DNA of 64,000 bases from an uncultured Dehalococcoidales bacterium (GTDB lineage Bacteria; Chloroflexota; UBA6077; FW602-bin22). Within the stretch, counting starts at the first letter, position 1; the number at the start of each line of letters is the position of its first letter. The translations under genes and the position numbers were made by a program. Below the pieces are notes generated by a model, which was not told the DNA's origin, searched no databases, and saw nothing but the letters and a program-made list of their open reading frames with translations. Where the stretch lies: positions 150 through 64,149 of the forward strand of contig CAZHZF010000001.1 in assembly GCA_964536925.1 (NCBI GenBank). Reading direction: 5' to 3'. Positions 9,846-20,722 of this stretch are shown here, in pieces.

Positions 9846-10573
9846 GTGGAAAGCCTTCGCACGCGGTAGCGGCAGAACAACTCGGACTGATGAACGTACA
9901 CGGAGACCAGGTCGCACGTGCGATCCAGACGCGCCCGCGCCGTCAGGGTCAGGCGGCTGCCGCCCGTCAGGCGCGGGCCAATCGTGAGGAATAGCTCGTC
10001 GATGAGGTCTGCCTTCAGGGCCGATGTCAGGAGGCGAGGGCCACCCTCCACGAGCAGTCGCCTCACGCCATACCGGGTGGACAGGTGACGGACGACCGCG
10101 GCGAGCGCGCGCCGCCCGTCGACCGGGACAACCTCTGCCCAGTTCGAGGCGCCTGCCTGGTTGTCCGCGCGGGTCGCGAACACCAGGGGGCGTTCGGGCA
10201 GCGTCACGCGTTCGGCGGAACTCTCGCCGACGGCCGTTCTCCCGGCGACGATCGCGAGGCGCGGTTGATCGGTCTGTCCGCGCGAATGCCGCATGGCGAT
10301 GAGTTCCGCGGGAAGAGCCGTTGCCACGGGCTCGTCGCGCCAGGTCGTCGCCCCGACGAGGATGCAATCGGCCCACGCTCGCAGGCGGAACATGAGATGT
10401 CGATCGAGTCGCGATCCGATCCCCGAAGATCGGCCCTCGATCGCCACCCTCCCATCAATGGTCGCCGCCAGATTGGCGATCGTGGCGATCCCGAGGGTTC
10501 CGGGTTGCACGGACAGGTCGTCGTACCATGTGGCACTGGTTGCAGCGGGGGTGTGAGCGACCAACGGCTCCAC
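9842..10573 (-). CDS. RibD C-terminal / dihydrofolate-reductase-like domain protein
   Basis: NLAATIDGR, ADCILVGATT, LLVEGGPRL and IDELFLTIGP motifs. Start GTG 10573 is approximate. Confidence 0.85.
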   Translation of the reverse strand: MEPLVAHTPAATSATWYDDLSVQPGTLGIATIANLAATIDGRVAIEGRSSGIGSRLDRHLMFRLRAWADCILVGATTWRDEPVATALPAELIAMRHSRGQTDQPRLAIVAGRTAVGESSAERVTLPERPLVFATRADNQAGASNWAEVVPVDGRRALAAVVRHLSTRYGVRRLLVEGGPRLLTSALKADLIDELFLTIGPRLTGGSRLTLTARARLDRTCDLVSVYVHQSELFCRYRVRRLST

Positions 10574-10617
10574 TGTATCGGCGCCAGGCGTGCCCGGGTA
10601 GCGACCGACCGTTCGCC

Positions 10618-10623
10618 TATAAT
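10618..10623 (+). promoter_or_regulatory. Consensus -10 box of the nuo operon
   Basis: TATAAT, followed by GGAGG (10633-10637) and TTG 10646. Confidence 0.6.
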
Positions 10624-10645
10624 CCGGCGCGCGGAGGTGCCGCCG

Positions 10646-11017
10646 TTGCCCGAGCCGACACTTCTCACACTCTACGGCTATATCGGGGTCATGCTCGCCG
10701 TGGCGGTGGTCTTTGCGGCGATCCCACTGGTTCTGGCGCGGTTTGTCCGCCCGTCGCGACCCAATGATGTCAAGCTCTCCACGTACGAATGTGGTATGGA
10801 GACGATCGGTCCGACGTGGATTCAGTATCACGTGGGCTTCTACATCTATGCGCTGGTTTTTGTCATCTTCGACGTAGAGACCGTGTTCTTCTACCCCTGG
10901 GCACTGGCGTACGGTCAACTTGGCCTGTTTGCGCTCGTCGAGATGGCGATCTTCGTCGCGATCCTCGTCGTTGGTCTGATGTATGCGCTGAGGAAGCGCG
11001 TGCTCCGCTGGTGGTGA
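10646..11017 (+). CDS. nuoA: NADH-quinone oxidoreductase subunit A
   Basis: YECG loop and [15 protein letters not shown] motif. Confidence 0.95.
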   Translation: MPEPTLLTLYGYIGVMLAVAVVFAAIPLVLARFVRPSRPNDVKLSTYECGMETIGPTWIQYHVGFYIYALVFVIFDVETVFFYPWALAYGQLGLFALVEMAIFVAILVVGLMYALRKRVLRWW

Positions 11018-11036
11018 GAGCAGGGGGGATCGCTCC

Positions 11037-11597
<561 letters not shown>

Positions 11598-11602
11598 GCC
11601 TG

Positions 11603-12154
11603 TTGGCCTCGGCGGAACTCGCGCGCCGCATCGCCGCGCGCTTTCCCTCGGCGAGCATCGTGCCCGTCGAAAGTAATGTCGGCGGGATCCTGATCGACCG
11701 AGCGTCTCTGGTCGATGTCTGCGCCTTGCTGCGCGACGATCCAGGGTGCCGTTTCGACTACCCGGCCAGTCTTACCGCCATCGACTATCTGGATTACTTC
11801 GAGGTCGTTTACCAGATCCGCTCCCTGGCCCGCGGCGAGGATGCGACACTGCGATGCCGTGTCCCGCGTGATGACGCCCAGGTCCCCAGTGTCACGCCGG
11901 TCTGGCCCGGGGCGGATTTTCAGGAACGGGAGATCTTCGACCTGATGGGGATCACCTTTCCCGGGCATCCGAACCTGCGGCGCATCCTGCTGTGGGATGA
12001 GTTCGTCGGCCACCCACTGCGCAAAGACTTCGGGTTGCCAGCCCCGCTCCCTCCCGCCGTCCACGAGGCGCTCGAGCGCGAGGGTGTGGCCGCGGCAAAC
12101 GTCATCGGCCATACGCCGCCAGGGCCTCGCGCACTCGATCGGAGATCGTCCTGA
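11603..12154 (+). CDS. nuoC: NADH-quinone oxidoreductase subunit C
   Basis: ADFQEREIFDLMGI.F.GHPNLRRILL and GHPLRKDF motifs. Start TTG about 11603. Confidence 0.93.
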   Translation: MASAELARRIAARFPSASIVPVESNVGGILIDRASLVDVCALLRDDPGCRFDYPASLTAIDYLDYFEVVYQIRSLARGEDATLRCRVPRDDAQVPSVTPVWPGADFQEREIFDLMGITFPGHPNLRRILLWDEFVGHPLRKDFGLPAPLPPAVHEALEREGVAAANVIGHTPPGPRALDRRSS

Positions 12155-13329
12155 TGGCCGACGCAGAGACACTCGCGGTCAACAGTCTGGCCTCGGAGCC
12201 CAGTTTCGAGACCAGCGCCGTTCAGGTTGGCGCCAACCAGATCGTCATCAACCTGGGCCCGCAGCATCCCTCCACGCACGGCGTCTTCCGCCTCGTCCTC
12301 ACCCTGGAGGGAGAGACGATTCGGGCGGCGGACTCGGTGATGGGTTACCTGCATCGCGGTACCGAGAAGATCTGCGAAGAGGGCACCTACCTCCAGAACG
12401 TGACGCTTACCGACCGACTCGACTACCTGGCCGGGATGTCCAACAACATGGCGTACTCGATGGCCGTGGAACACATGGCCGGACTGCGCGTCCCCGAGCG
12501 CGGCGAGTACCTCCGCGTCCTGTTCGCGGAACTGCAGCGCTACGCCAGCCACTGTGTCGCGGTGGGCACCTTCGGGGCCGACGTGGGTACGTTCTTCACG
12601 CCGCTGCTCTACACGTTTCGCGAGCGCGAGGCGATCCTGGATCTGTTCGAGCTCGCCTGCGGCGCACGGATGACCTTCACCTTCATTCGCCCGGGGGGCG
12701 CGGCACTCGAACTTCCGGAGGAGTTCTTCCCCGCCTGCGAGAAGTTGCTCGATGACCTGCCCCGTAAGGTGGACGAGTACGAGCGTTTGCTCACCAACAA
12801 CGAGATCTTCACCGCCCGCACCCGGGGTGTTGGAAAGATCGCGGCGGCGGATGGCATCGCCTGGGGCGTCAGCGGGCCGAACCTTCGCGGGTCGGGGGTC
12901 CGGTACGACCTGCGACGTGATATCCCGTACTCCGCATACCCCGAGTTCGACTTTGCCGTCATCACCCGGGACGAGGGGGACGCCTATGCGCGATACCTCG
13001 TGAGGATCGGCGAGATGCGCGAGTCGATCAAGATCGCGCGTCAGGCGCTCGCGAAGTTGAAGTCAACGTCCGGCCCTACGGCTCTCAAGCTCGGGTCGTT
13101 CTTCCGCGCGCCGGCCGGCGAGGGGTTCAGCCGCATCGAGGCGCCGCGAGGCGAACTGGGCTTCTACGTGGTGTCCGACGCCGGCATCGCCCCGTACCGC
13201 TGCAAGTGCCGGGCGCCGAGTTTCATTAACATCGGGCCCCTCGCCGAGATGCTGCGCGGCTGGAAGGTCGCCGACGTCATTGTCATACTCGGTTCCATCG
13301 ACATCGTGCTCGGGGAAGTTGATCGTTGA
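12154..13329 (+). CDS. nuoD: NADH-quinone oxidoreductase subunit D
   Basis: NLGPQHPSTHGVFRL, GYLHRGTEK, EAPRGELG and DIVLGEVDR motifs. Confidence 0.97.
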   Translation: MADAETLAVNSLASEPSFETSAVQVGANQIVINLGPQHPSTHGVFRLVLTLEGETIRAADSVMGYLHRGTEKICEEGTYLQNVTLTDRLDYLAGMSNNMAYSMAVEHMAGLRVPERGEYLRVLFAELQRYASHCVAVGTFGADVGTFFTPLLYTFREREAILDLFELACGARMTFTFIRPGGAALELPEEFFPACEKLLDDLPRKVDEYERLLTNNEIFTARTRGVGKIAAADGIAWGVSGPNLRGSGVRYDLRRDIPYSAYPEFDFAVITRDEGDAYARYLVRIGEMRESIKIARQALAKLKSTSGPTALKLGSFFRAPAGEGFSRIEAPRGELGFYVVSDAGIAPYRCKCRAPSFINIGPLAEMLRGWKVADVIVILGSIDIVLGEVDR

Positions 13330-14387
13330 TCCCAATCCCACAGATCGCGCTCGACGGGCAGCCGTTCACCGGACTGCGCGACATCATCGTGATGATCCTG
13401 GGTCCGGCCGTGCCGGAGTGGGTAATCGGCATCGTACTCACACTCGTCGGCCTGACGTTCCTCATCGGATTTATGACCGTGGTCGTGATGAGCCTGGTCT
13501 TGATGGAGCGCCGGGTCATCGCCTTCATGCAGGATCGGCTCGGTCCGAATCGGGTCGGCCCGGAGGGGCTGTTTCAGACCGTCGCCGACGTTGTGAAGCT
13601 CCTCTCGAAAGAGGACATCATCCCCCGCAATGCCGATCGGCCCACCTTCCTGCTCGCCGTCCCCGCGGCGGTCATCCCCAGCTTGCTGATCTACGCGGTG
13701 ATCGAGTGGGCGCCTGGTATGTCGCTCGCCGATTTGAACATCGGGTTCCTCTACATCCTGGCGATCTCGTCTCTCACCACGATCTCTGTGATCATGGCGG
13801 GCTGGGGATCGAACAATAAATACGCGCTGCTGGGGGCGATGCGCGCCGCGGCGCAGATGATCTCCTACGAGATTCCGATCGTGATGTCGCTTGTCGGCGT
13901 GGCGATGATCGTCGGCTCTCTCAAGATCACCGACATCATCGGCTGGCAGATCGATGCCGTGTGGCTGATCCTGCTCCAGCCGCTCGGATTCCTCGTGTTC
14001 TTCATCTCCTCCCTCGCCGAACTCAACCGAACGCCGTTCGACCTCATGGAGGCGGACTCGGAGATCGTCGCCGGCTATCACATCGAGTACAGCGGCATGC
14101 GCTTCGCCCTGTTCTTCCTCGCCGAATACCTCAACGCCTTCGCCGCGGTTGCCATCGCGGTGACGATCTTCTTCGGGGGATGGCAGGGGCCGTTCTTCCC
14201 GCCGTACGTCTGGTTCGTCCTCAAGTGCTATGCCCTCTTCTTCGTCCTCATCTGGCTTCGCGGCACGCTGCCGCGCGTGCGCGTCGATCAACTCATGGGT
14301 CTGGCGTGGAAGGGCATGGTCCCGCTCGCGCTCGCGAACATCCTGATCACCGGCATCGGGATGTGGGTCTGGAACGAGGTGTTCTGA
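13326..14387 (+). CDS. nuoH: NADH-quinone oxidoreductase subunit H
   Basis: ERRVIAFMQDRLGPNRVGP and AELNRTPFDLMEADSE motifs. Confidence 0.97.
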   Translation: MIPIPQIALDGQPFTGLRDIIVMILGPAVPEWVIGIVLTLVGLTFLIGFMTVVVMSLVLMERRVIAFMQDRLGPNRVGPEGLFQTVADVVKLLSKEDIIPRNADRPTFLLAVPAAVIPSLLIYAVIEWAPGMSLADLNIGFLYILAISSLTTISVIMAGWGSNNKYALLGAMRAAAQMISYEIPIVMSLVGVAMIVGSLKITDIIGWQIDAVWLILLQPLGFLVFFISSLAELNRTPFDLMEADSEIVAGYHIEYSGMRFALFFLAEYLNAFAAVAIAVTIFFGGWQGPFFPPYVWFVLKCYALFFVLIWLRGTLPRVRVDQLMGLAWKGMVPLALANILITGIGMWVWNEVF

Positions 14388-14388
14388 G

Positions 14389-14838
14389 ATGGCGGTACTC
14401 GGCGGCTTCGGTCAGGGAATCGCGATCGGCATGAAGACGACGCTCGATCATTTCTTCAAGCCGAAAGTGACGGTCCAGTACCCCGAGGAGAAGATTCCCC
14501 TCTCGCCGCGTTTTCGCGGCGCCCCGAGCTGGGTGTTCGACAACACGACCGGGCGCTCGCGTTGCGTGGGCTGCGGGCTCTGCGTGCAGGCCTGCCCGAA
14601 GGGCGTGATCGAGATGCGCACGACCAACGGCCCCGGCGGCGTCCGGATGGTGGACTACTACGCGATCCACATCACGAGGTGTCTGTTCTGCGCCCTCTGC
14701 GTCGAGGCATGCCCGTTCCGGGCGATCGAGATGAGCCACGAGTTCGAGCTTTCCCAGTTCGAACGGACCGACCTCGTCTATACCCGCGAGGACTGGCTTG
14801 GTCGCGAATCGGTCACCGGACCCGGTTCGAGGACCTGA
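14389..14838 (+). CDS. nuoI: NADH-quinone oxidoreductase subunit I
   Basis: TVQYPEE and two CxxCxxCxxxCP ferredoxin motifs. Confidence 0.95.
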   Translation: MAVLGGFGQGIAIGMKTTLDHFFKPKVTVQYPEEKIPLSPRFRGAPSWVFDNTTGRSRCVGCGLCVQACPKGVIEMRTTNGPGGVRMVDYYAIHITRCLFCALCVEACPFRAIEMSHEFELSQFERTDLVYTREDWLGRESVTGPGSRT

Positions 14839-14841
14839 CGG

Positions 14842-15339
14842 ATGGCGCCCGACTTCCTCGGACCGCTCGTTTTCTATGCGGCGGCAGCGGTGCTCATCGT
14901 GGGCGCACTCGCGGTCGTGTTCCTCCCACGGATCATCCACGCTGCCCTCTCGCTCGTGCTGTTCTTCATCGCGACCGCGGGGATCTTCATCCTGCTCCAC
15001 GCCGAGTTCGTGGCCGCGGCGCAGATCCTCATCTACGCCGGGGCGATCACCGTCCTCGTCCTCTTCGCGGTAATGCTCACGCAACAGTCGCAGTCACTGG
15101 AGTCGAATCCGTTCAATGCGCAGGGCCTCGTGGCATCCTTCGTCGCGGCGGCGGTGTTCGCGGCGATGCTCCCTGCGCTGCTCGCCATCCCCGGCACCAA
15201 CCGGCCGGGACCGAACATCGACCTCATTCCGGAACTTGGCAGGGCGATGCTGGGGCCCTGGATCCTCAGTTTCGAGATCGCCTCGGTGCTTCTACTCGCG
15301 GCGCTCATCGGCTCGATCGTGATCGCGAAGGAGAACTGA
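14842..15339 (+). CDS. nuoJ: NADH-quinone oxidoreductase subunit J
   Basis: AEFVAAAQILIYAGAITVLVLFAVML and FEIASVLLL motifs. Confidence 0.95.
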   Translation: MAPDFLGPLVFYAAAAVLIVGALAVVFLPRIIHAALSLVLFFIATAGIFILLHAEFVAAAQILIYAGAITVLVLFAVMLTQQSQSLESNPFNAQGLVASFVAAAVFAAMLPALLAIPGTNRPGPNIDLIPELGRAMLGPWILSFEIASVLLLAALIGSIVIAKEN

Positions 15340-15343
15340 GGCG

Positions 15344-15676
15344 GTGGAGACGATCGGCCTCAGCCACTATCTCGTCCTCAGTGCGATCATCTTCACGATC
15401 GGCCTCTACGGCGCCCTCGCCAAGCGCAACGCCGTGGTGATCCTGATGTCGATCGAATTGATGTTCAACGCGGTGAACATCGCCTTTGTGGCGGTGTCCC
15501 GCTACGGCCCCGTCCCCCCGGGGGCACCCGGGGTCGACCTCACCGGCCAGATCTTCGCGCTCTTCATCATTACGGTCGGCGCCGCGGAGGCCGCGGTGGC
15601 GCTCGCCATCATCCTGGCGATCTACCGTCTGCGCCGCACGGTCAGCATCGACGATCTCAGCCTGATGAAGTGGTGA
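15344..15676 (+). CDS. nuoK: NADH-quinone oxidoreductase subunit K
   Basis: ILMSIELMFNAVN and AAEAAVALAI motifs. Confidence 0.95.
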   Translation: METIGLSHYLVLSAIIFTIGLYGALAKRNAVVILMSIELMFNAVNIAFVAVSRYGPVPPGAPGVDLTGQIFALFIITVGAAEAAVALAIILAIYRLRRTVSIDDLSLMKW

Positions 15677-15677
15677 T

Positions 15678-17825
15678 GTGACTCCGTATCTCTGGTTGAT
15701 TCCGGCGCTCCCTCTCGTCGCGTTCTGCCTGATCACCGCCTTCATGCGGCGGCCAATGCGATTCGCGGGGTACGTCTCGGTCGGGGCGATCGCCGGCTCG
15801 TTCGTCATCGCGATCCTGACGCTCATCGAGGGGATCTCGGGTACGGCGGCCGCGATCGCCCGTCACGACGAGCATGCCTGGAGCATCGTCCGCACCTATG
15901 AATGGTTTTCGGTGGGATCGCTCGCGGTCCACCTTTCCCTGGCAGTCGACGGACTCGGTGCCGTCATGCTGGTCGTCGTCACCCTGGTATCGATGCTCGT
16001 GCAGATCTACTCGCTCGGGTACATGGTCGAGCACGGGGAGATGGACCCGGGGTTCAGCCGGTTCTTCTCCTATCTCTCTCTCTTCACGTTCTCCATGCTG
16101 GGGCTCCTGCTCGCCGACAACTTCGTGCAACTGTTCATCTTCTGGGAACTCGTTGGTCTCTGCTCCTATCTCCTCGTCGGCTTCTGGTACCACAAGCCAG
16201 AGGCTGCGGAGGCTGCGAAGAAGGCGTTCATCACCACGAGGTTCGGCGACCTGGGATTCCTGTTCGGCATCTTGATCGTCTTCGGCGCCACGGGCACCTT
16301 CGCCTTCAGCGGTGTGCTCGAAGCGATCGAGGCCGAGCGTCTGGCCGGGCCCCTGCTCGCGATCGCGATGATCCTGCTGTTCTGCGGTGCGATCGGCAAG
16401 AGCGCCCAGTTCCCGCTGCACGTCTGGCTTCCCGATGCGATGGAAGGGCCAACGCCCGTTTCCGCGCTGATCCACGCCGCGACGATGGTCGCCGCGGGCG
16501 TCTACATGGTCGCCCGGCTATTCAGTCTCTTCGAGGCATCACCGGCGGCGATGGATTTCGTTGCCTGGATCGGCGCCATCACCGCACTGTTCGCGGCCAC
16601 GCATGGTCTGGTGATGCGCGACATCAAGCGGGTTCTCGCCTACTCGACGGTCTCGCAACTGGGATACATGATGCTCGCGCTCGGGATCGGCGGCCTGGCC
16701 GCGGGTGTCTTCCACCTCACCACGCACGCGTTCTTCAAGGCGCTGCTCTTCCTCGGGTCAGGCTCGGTCATCCACGGCTCGGGCGAGCAGGACATGTACC
16801 GCCTTGGTGGCCTGGGATCGCGGATGCCGACGACGCGCTGGACGTTCCTGGTCGGCTCGCTCGCGTTGGCGGGCATCTTTCCGTTCGCCGGCTTCTGGAG
16901 CAAGGATGAGATCCTGCTCGAGGCGCTCAGTCACGATCGGCTGCTGCTGCTCGCCATCGCGGTCGTAACGGCATTCCTCACCGCCTTCTACATCTTCCGC
17001 GCGTACTTTCTGACGTTCTCGGGCGCCCCGCGCGAGGGCTGGCGGGATCCGGACGCGTTGCACGCGGTCGATGCAGCCCGCTTCACGGTCGATGTCACCC
17101 ACACCACCGATCCCATCGAGAAGGTCGCCTACCTGCCACATGCGTACTACCGTGCGACCCATGGTCCGGTGACCGAAAGCGAACACCGCCACGCCGATCG
17201 CGGCGGGGATCCTGGGCACGCACCCTCCGCCCACGTCGACGATCGCCAGGCGGATCACGGACACGCGTCCGGCCATCATTCGAGCGGCGCCTCACACGCG
17301 CACGAGTCACCGGCGTCGATGACAGTCCCTCTGATCGTCCTCGCCGTGCTTGCGACGGTCGCCGGATTCGCCGGGGCACCCTTCCTGGGCAATCCGTTCG
17401 CGACCTTCGTGACCGGCCACGAACACGTGCTCCCATTCAATCTCGCCCTGGCCGGAGGAACGACGCTTCTGGCGCTCGCCGCGATCTTTCTGGCGCATCG
17501 GATGTATGCCCGCGCAGATTTCCGACGCGATCCTCTGGTCGATTTCCTCGGTCCGATCTATGGCCTTCTCGCGCATCGCTACTACGTGGATGAGTTCTAC
17601 AACTGGCTCATCGGCCTGGCGATCCTCGGCACGGCGCGGGGCGCCTCGTGGTTCGATCGGCAGGTGGTCGATCGGATCGTCGATCTCTTCGGCTGGGTCA
17701 CGCTGAGGGCGGGCCGATTCGCCACCCTGGCGCACACGGGGCGAGTGCCCAACTACGCCCTCGTCGTCTTCGGTGGTGTGGCAGTGATCATCGCGGTGCT
17801 GTTCGTTCAGCCGGTGCGGGGCTAG
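15678..17825 (+). CDS. nuoL: NADH-quinone oxidoreductase subunit L (long His-rich insertion)
   Basis: FIFWELVGLCSY, GKSAQFPLHVWLPDAMEGPTPVSALIHAATMV and THAFFKALLFL motifs. Confidence 0.96.
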   Translation: MTPYLWLIPALPLVAFCLITAFMRRPMRFAGYVSVGAIAGSFVIAILTLIEGISGTAAAIARHDEHAWSIVRTYEWFSVGSLAVHLSLAVDGLGAVMLVVVTLVSMLVQIYSLGYMVEHGEMDPGFSRFFSYLSLFTFSMLGLLLADNFVQLFIFWELVGLCSYLLVGFWYHKPEAAEAAKKAFITTRFGDLGFLFGILIVFGATGTFAFSGVLEAIEAERLAGPLLAIAMILLFCGAIGKSAQFPLHVWLPDAMEGPTPVSALIHAATMVAAGVYMVARLFSLFEASPAAMDFVAWIGAITALFAATHGLVMRDIKRVLAYSTVSQLGYMMLALGIGGLAAGVFHLTTHAFFKALLFLGSGSVIHGSGEQDMYRLGGLGSRMPTTRWTFLVGSLALAGIFPFAGFWSKDEILLEALSHDRLLLLAIAVVTAFLTAFYIFRAYFLTFSGAPREGWRDPDALHAVDAARFTVDVTHTTDPIEKVAYLPHAYYRATHGPVTESEHRHADRGGDPGHAPSAHVDDRQADHGHASGHHSSGASHAHESPASMTVPLIVLAVLATVAGFAGAPFLGNPFATFVTGHEHVLPFNLALAGGTTLLALAAIFLAHRMYARADFRRDPLVDFLGPIYGLLAHRYYVDEFYNWLIGLAILGTARGASWFDRQVVDRIVDLFGWVTLRAGRFATLAHTGRVPNYALVVFGGVAVIIAVLFVQPVRG

Positions 17826-17828
17826 GCA

Positions 17829-19286
17829 ATGATCACCGCCACCCTCGCGATTCCGGTCCTGGGCGCGCTGGTCCTCGCCATGCTCCCGCGCGATAACGTC
17901 CGTCTGATCCGGCAGACCGCGGTCGCGTTCGGGTCCATCGCGTTCATCCTCTCCCTGTTCCTCTGGGTCGGCTTCGACCGGACCCGTGACGGGATGCAGT
18001 TTGTCGAGCGGGTGCCGTGGATCCCCTCGGTGGGCATTCAGTATCTCGTCGGCGTCGATGGTCTGTCGTTGCCTCTCGTTGTGCTGACGACGCTCCTGAC
18101 GCTCCTGGCGATCCTGGCGTCGATGCATATCGACCTGCGGCCACGCGAATACTTCGCGCTGCTCCTCGTTCTCGAGGCCGGCGTCCTGGGTGTCTTCACC
18201 TCGCTGGACATGTTCCTGTTCTTCCTCTTCTGGGAAGTGGAACTGATCCCGATGTACTTGCTCATCGGCATCTGGGGCGGTGCTCGTCGTGAGTACGCCG
18301 CGATCAAGTTCGTCCTCTACACGCTGGTCGGGTCGGCCTTCATGCTGGTCGGTATCCTCGCCCTGTACTTCAACTCACCGGCGCCGCACACGTTCGACAT
18401 GCTCCTACTCGGCCAACTCGAATGGACCAAGGCGTTCGCGCTCATCGTGTTTCCGATCCTGTTCTTCGGCTTCGCCGTCAAGCTGCCGATCGTCCCCTTC
18501 CATACCTGGTTGCCTCACGCCCACGTCGAGGCGCCCACCGCGGTGTCGGTGCTCCTTGCCGGTGTCCTGCTCAAGATGGGCGGCTACGGCATGCTGCGGC
18601 TCTGTCTCACGATTCTTCCCGACGCGGCACGGGAGTACGCGTTCTGGATCGGCATCCTCGCGGTGGTGAACGTTCTGTACGGCGCGCTCGTCGTCCTGGC
18701 GCAGCACGATCTGAAGGCGGTGGTCGCCTACTCGAGCGTCAGTCAGATGGGATACGTGCTCCTGGGCATCGCCGGTCTCACCTCCATCAGCCTCGCCGGT
18801 GCGTCGATCCAGTTATTCAGCCACGGGCTCATCTCGGGGCTGCTCTTCCTCCTGGTGGGGTCGGTCTACGAGAAGACGCATACACGGCAGATCGCCGAAA
18901 TGCGGGGTCTGGCGCCGCGGCAGCCTATCCTGGCGGCGACTTTCACGATCGCCGGCCTCGCCACGCTCGGCCTTCCGGGACTGAGCGGTTTCATTGCCGA
19001 GTTCGTGACCTTCGTCGGCGCCTACCCGGTCCAGCCGGTGATCACCCTGATCTGCGTGTTTGGGATCGTCCTCAGCGCCGGGTACATGCTATGGACGGTG
19101 CGGCGCGTTTTCTTCGGGCCGCTCGATGGGCGCTACAGCGGCCTGGGTGACGCCAGGGGTGTGGAACTCGTACCCCTCTTCACGCTGGTCGCCCTGATCG
19201 TCCTGTTCGGGAGCGTGCCCTCGCTTCTCATCGACGTCATCAACCCCGGGGCCGATGCCCTGGCCCTTCGGCTGGGTCGCCCGTGA
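17829..19286 (+). CDS. nuoM: NADH-quinone oxidoreductase subunit M
   Basis: FWEVELIPMY, VKLPIVPFHTWLPHAHVEAP and GLPGLSGFIAE motifs. Confidence 0.96.
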   Translation: MITATLAIPVLGALVLAMLPRDNVRLIRQTAVAFGSIAFILSLFLWVGFDRTRDGMQFVERVPWIPSVGIQYLVGVDGLSLPLVVLTTLLTLLAILASMHIDLRPREYFALLLVLEAGVLGVFTSLDMFLFFLFWEVELIPMYLLIGIWGGARREYAAIKFVLYTLVGSAFMLVGILALYFNSPAPHTFDMLLLGQLEWTKAFALIVFPILFFGFAVKLPIVPFHTWLPHAHVEAPTAVSVLLAGVLLKMGGYGMLRLCLTILPDAAREYAFWIGILAVVNVLYGALVVLAQHDLKAVVAYSSVSQMGYVLLGIAGLTSISLAGASIQLFSHGLISGLLFLLVGSVYEKTHTRQIAEMRGLAPRQPILAATFTIAGLATLGLPGLSGFIAEFVTFVGAYPVQPVITLICVFGIVLSAGYMLWTVRRVFFGPLDGRYSGLGDARGVELVPLFTLVALIVLFGSVPSLLIDVINPGADALALRLGRP

Positions 19287-20716
19287 GCTCAGAGTTCAAT
19301 CTCGTCCACATTCTGCCCGAACTCCTGGTGGTTGTGCTCGCCTGCACGGTCGTGGTGGTTGACTTCCTGGCGAAGCGCCACGACACGCAACTGAATCTCG
19401 GCTATCTCGCCGCGATCGGCCTGGTGGCGCCGTTCGCGGCGCTCGCCGGGCTCGCCGGGCGCAACGAGGTCTCCTTCTTCGGTTCCTTCGTCGTGGACCC
19501 GACGGCGGTGTTCTTCAAGGCGCTCTTCCTCCTCGCGGCGGCGGTGACGTTGCTGATCTCAGTGGATTACGCCCGCGAACGCACGCTCCCGCCGGGCGAG
19601 TACTACGCGATGATCCTGTTCGCGACCTTCGGTTTCATGTTCCTGGCGAGCAGTCGCGAACTGATCACCGCCTATGTCTCGCTCGAGATGGCGAGCATCT
19701 CGCTCTACGTCCTCGTCGGGATGCTCAAGGCCGACCAGCGTTCGACCGAGGCGGCACTGAAGTACCTTCTGCTCGGCGCTCTCTCGTCGGCTGCCTTCCT
19801 CTACGGCATCGTGCTGCTCTACGCCGCGACCGGCACGACCGTCCTGCCCGAAATCGCCCGCCGGATCGAAAACAGCGGTCCACTGGCCGCGGTGGCCGTC
19901 GTTCTGGTGCTCGCCGGTGTCGGTTTCAAGATCGGCGCCGTGCCGTTCCACCTCTGGGTGCCCGACGTCTATCAGGGTGCTCCCACACCCACGACGGCCT
20001 TCCTCTCCGTGGCGAGCAAGGCGGCCGGTTTCGTGCTGCTCATCCGCGTCTTCGGCCAGGGACTGATCCCCCTCGAACCACTCTGGGCGCCGCTAATGGC
20101 GACCCTGGCGGTCATCACGATGACGGTCGGGAACGTGGCGGCGCTCCGGCAGTCGAACGTGAAGCGTCTCCTCGGCTACTCCTCGATCGCACAGGCGGGC
20201 TACGTGTTGCTCGCGCTGGCGTCCTTTCAGCCGGAGACCGCCTCCGGACTTATGTACTTCCTCCTCGCGTACGTCCTGACGAATCTGGGCGCGTTCGCCG
20301 GCATCATCGCGATCGCCAGCGCCGTGAAGTCGGAGGAGATCGACGGGATGCGCGGGTTGGCGCGCCGCGCTCCGTGGCTCGCTCTCTTCACGACGCTGAG
20401 CTTTCTCTCGCTGATCGGTATGCCGCCGATGGGTGGGTTCGTCTCCAAGTTCTACCTGTTTCTGACGGTCTATCAGCAGGGACTCGTCCTTCTGGTCCTG
20501 ATCGCCGTTCTGAACACCGCGATCGCGGCCTACTACTACATCCGCGTCATCCGCGCGATGTACTTTCTCGAGGCTTCTGACGCGACCGCGATCGTTCCCG
20601 CGGGGGCCGTCCGTCTGGCGCTGATCGCGGCCACGGTCGCGACGGTCGCGGTGGGCATCCTCGCCGCGCCCTTCATCCAGATGACGCTGGTGGCTGGACA
20701 GGAGTTGTTCCGGTAA
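19283..20716 (+). CDS. nuoN: NADH-quinone oxidoreductase subunit N
   Basis: EAALKYLLLG, FKIGAVPFHLWVPDVYQGAP and GMPPMGGFVSKF motifs. Confidence 0.96.
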   Translation: MSSEFNLVHILPELLVVVLACTVVVVDFLAKRHDTQLNLGYLAAIGLVAPFAALAGLAGRNEVSFFGSFVVDPTAVFFKALFLLAAAVTLLISVDYARERTLPPGEYYAMILFATFGFMFLASSRELITAYVSLEMASISLYVLVGMLKADQRSTEAALKYLLLGALSSAAFLYGIVLLYAATGTTVLPEIARRIENSGPLAAVAVVLVLAGVGFKIGAVPFHLWVPDVYQGAPTPTTAFLSVASKAAGFVLLIRVFGQGLIPLEPLWAPLMATLAVITMTVGNVAALRQSNVKRLLGYSSIAQAGYVLLALASFQPETASGLMYFLLAYVLTNLGAFAGIIAIASAVKSEEIDGMRGLARRAPWLALFTTLSFLSLIGMPPMGGFVSKFYLFLTVYQQGLVLLVLIAVLNTAIAAYYYIRVIRAMYFLEASDATAIVPAGAVRLALIAATVATVAVGILAAPFIQMTLVAGQELFR

Positions 20717-20722
20717 CGGCTC

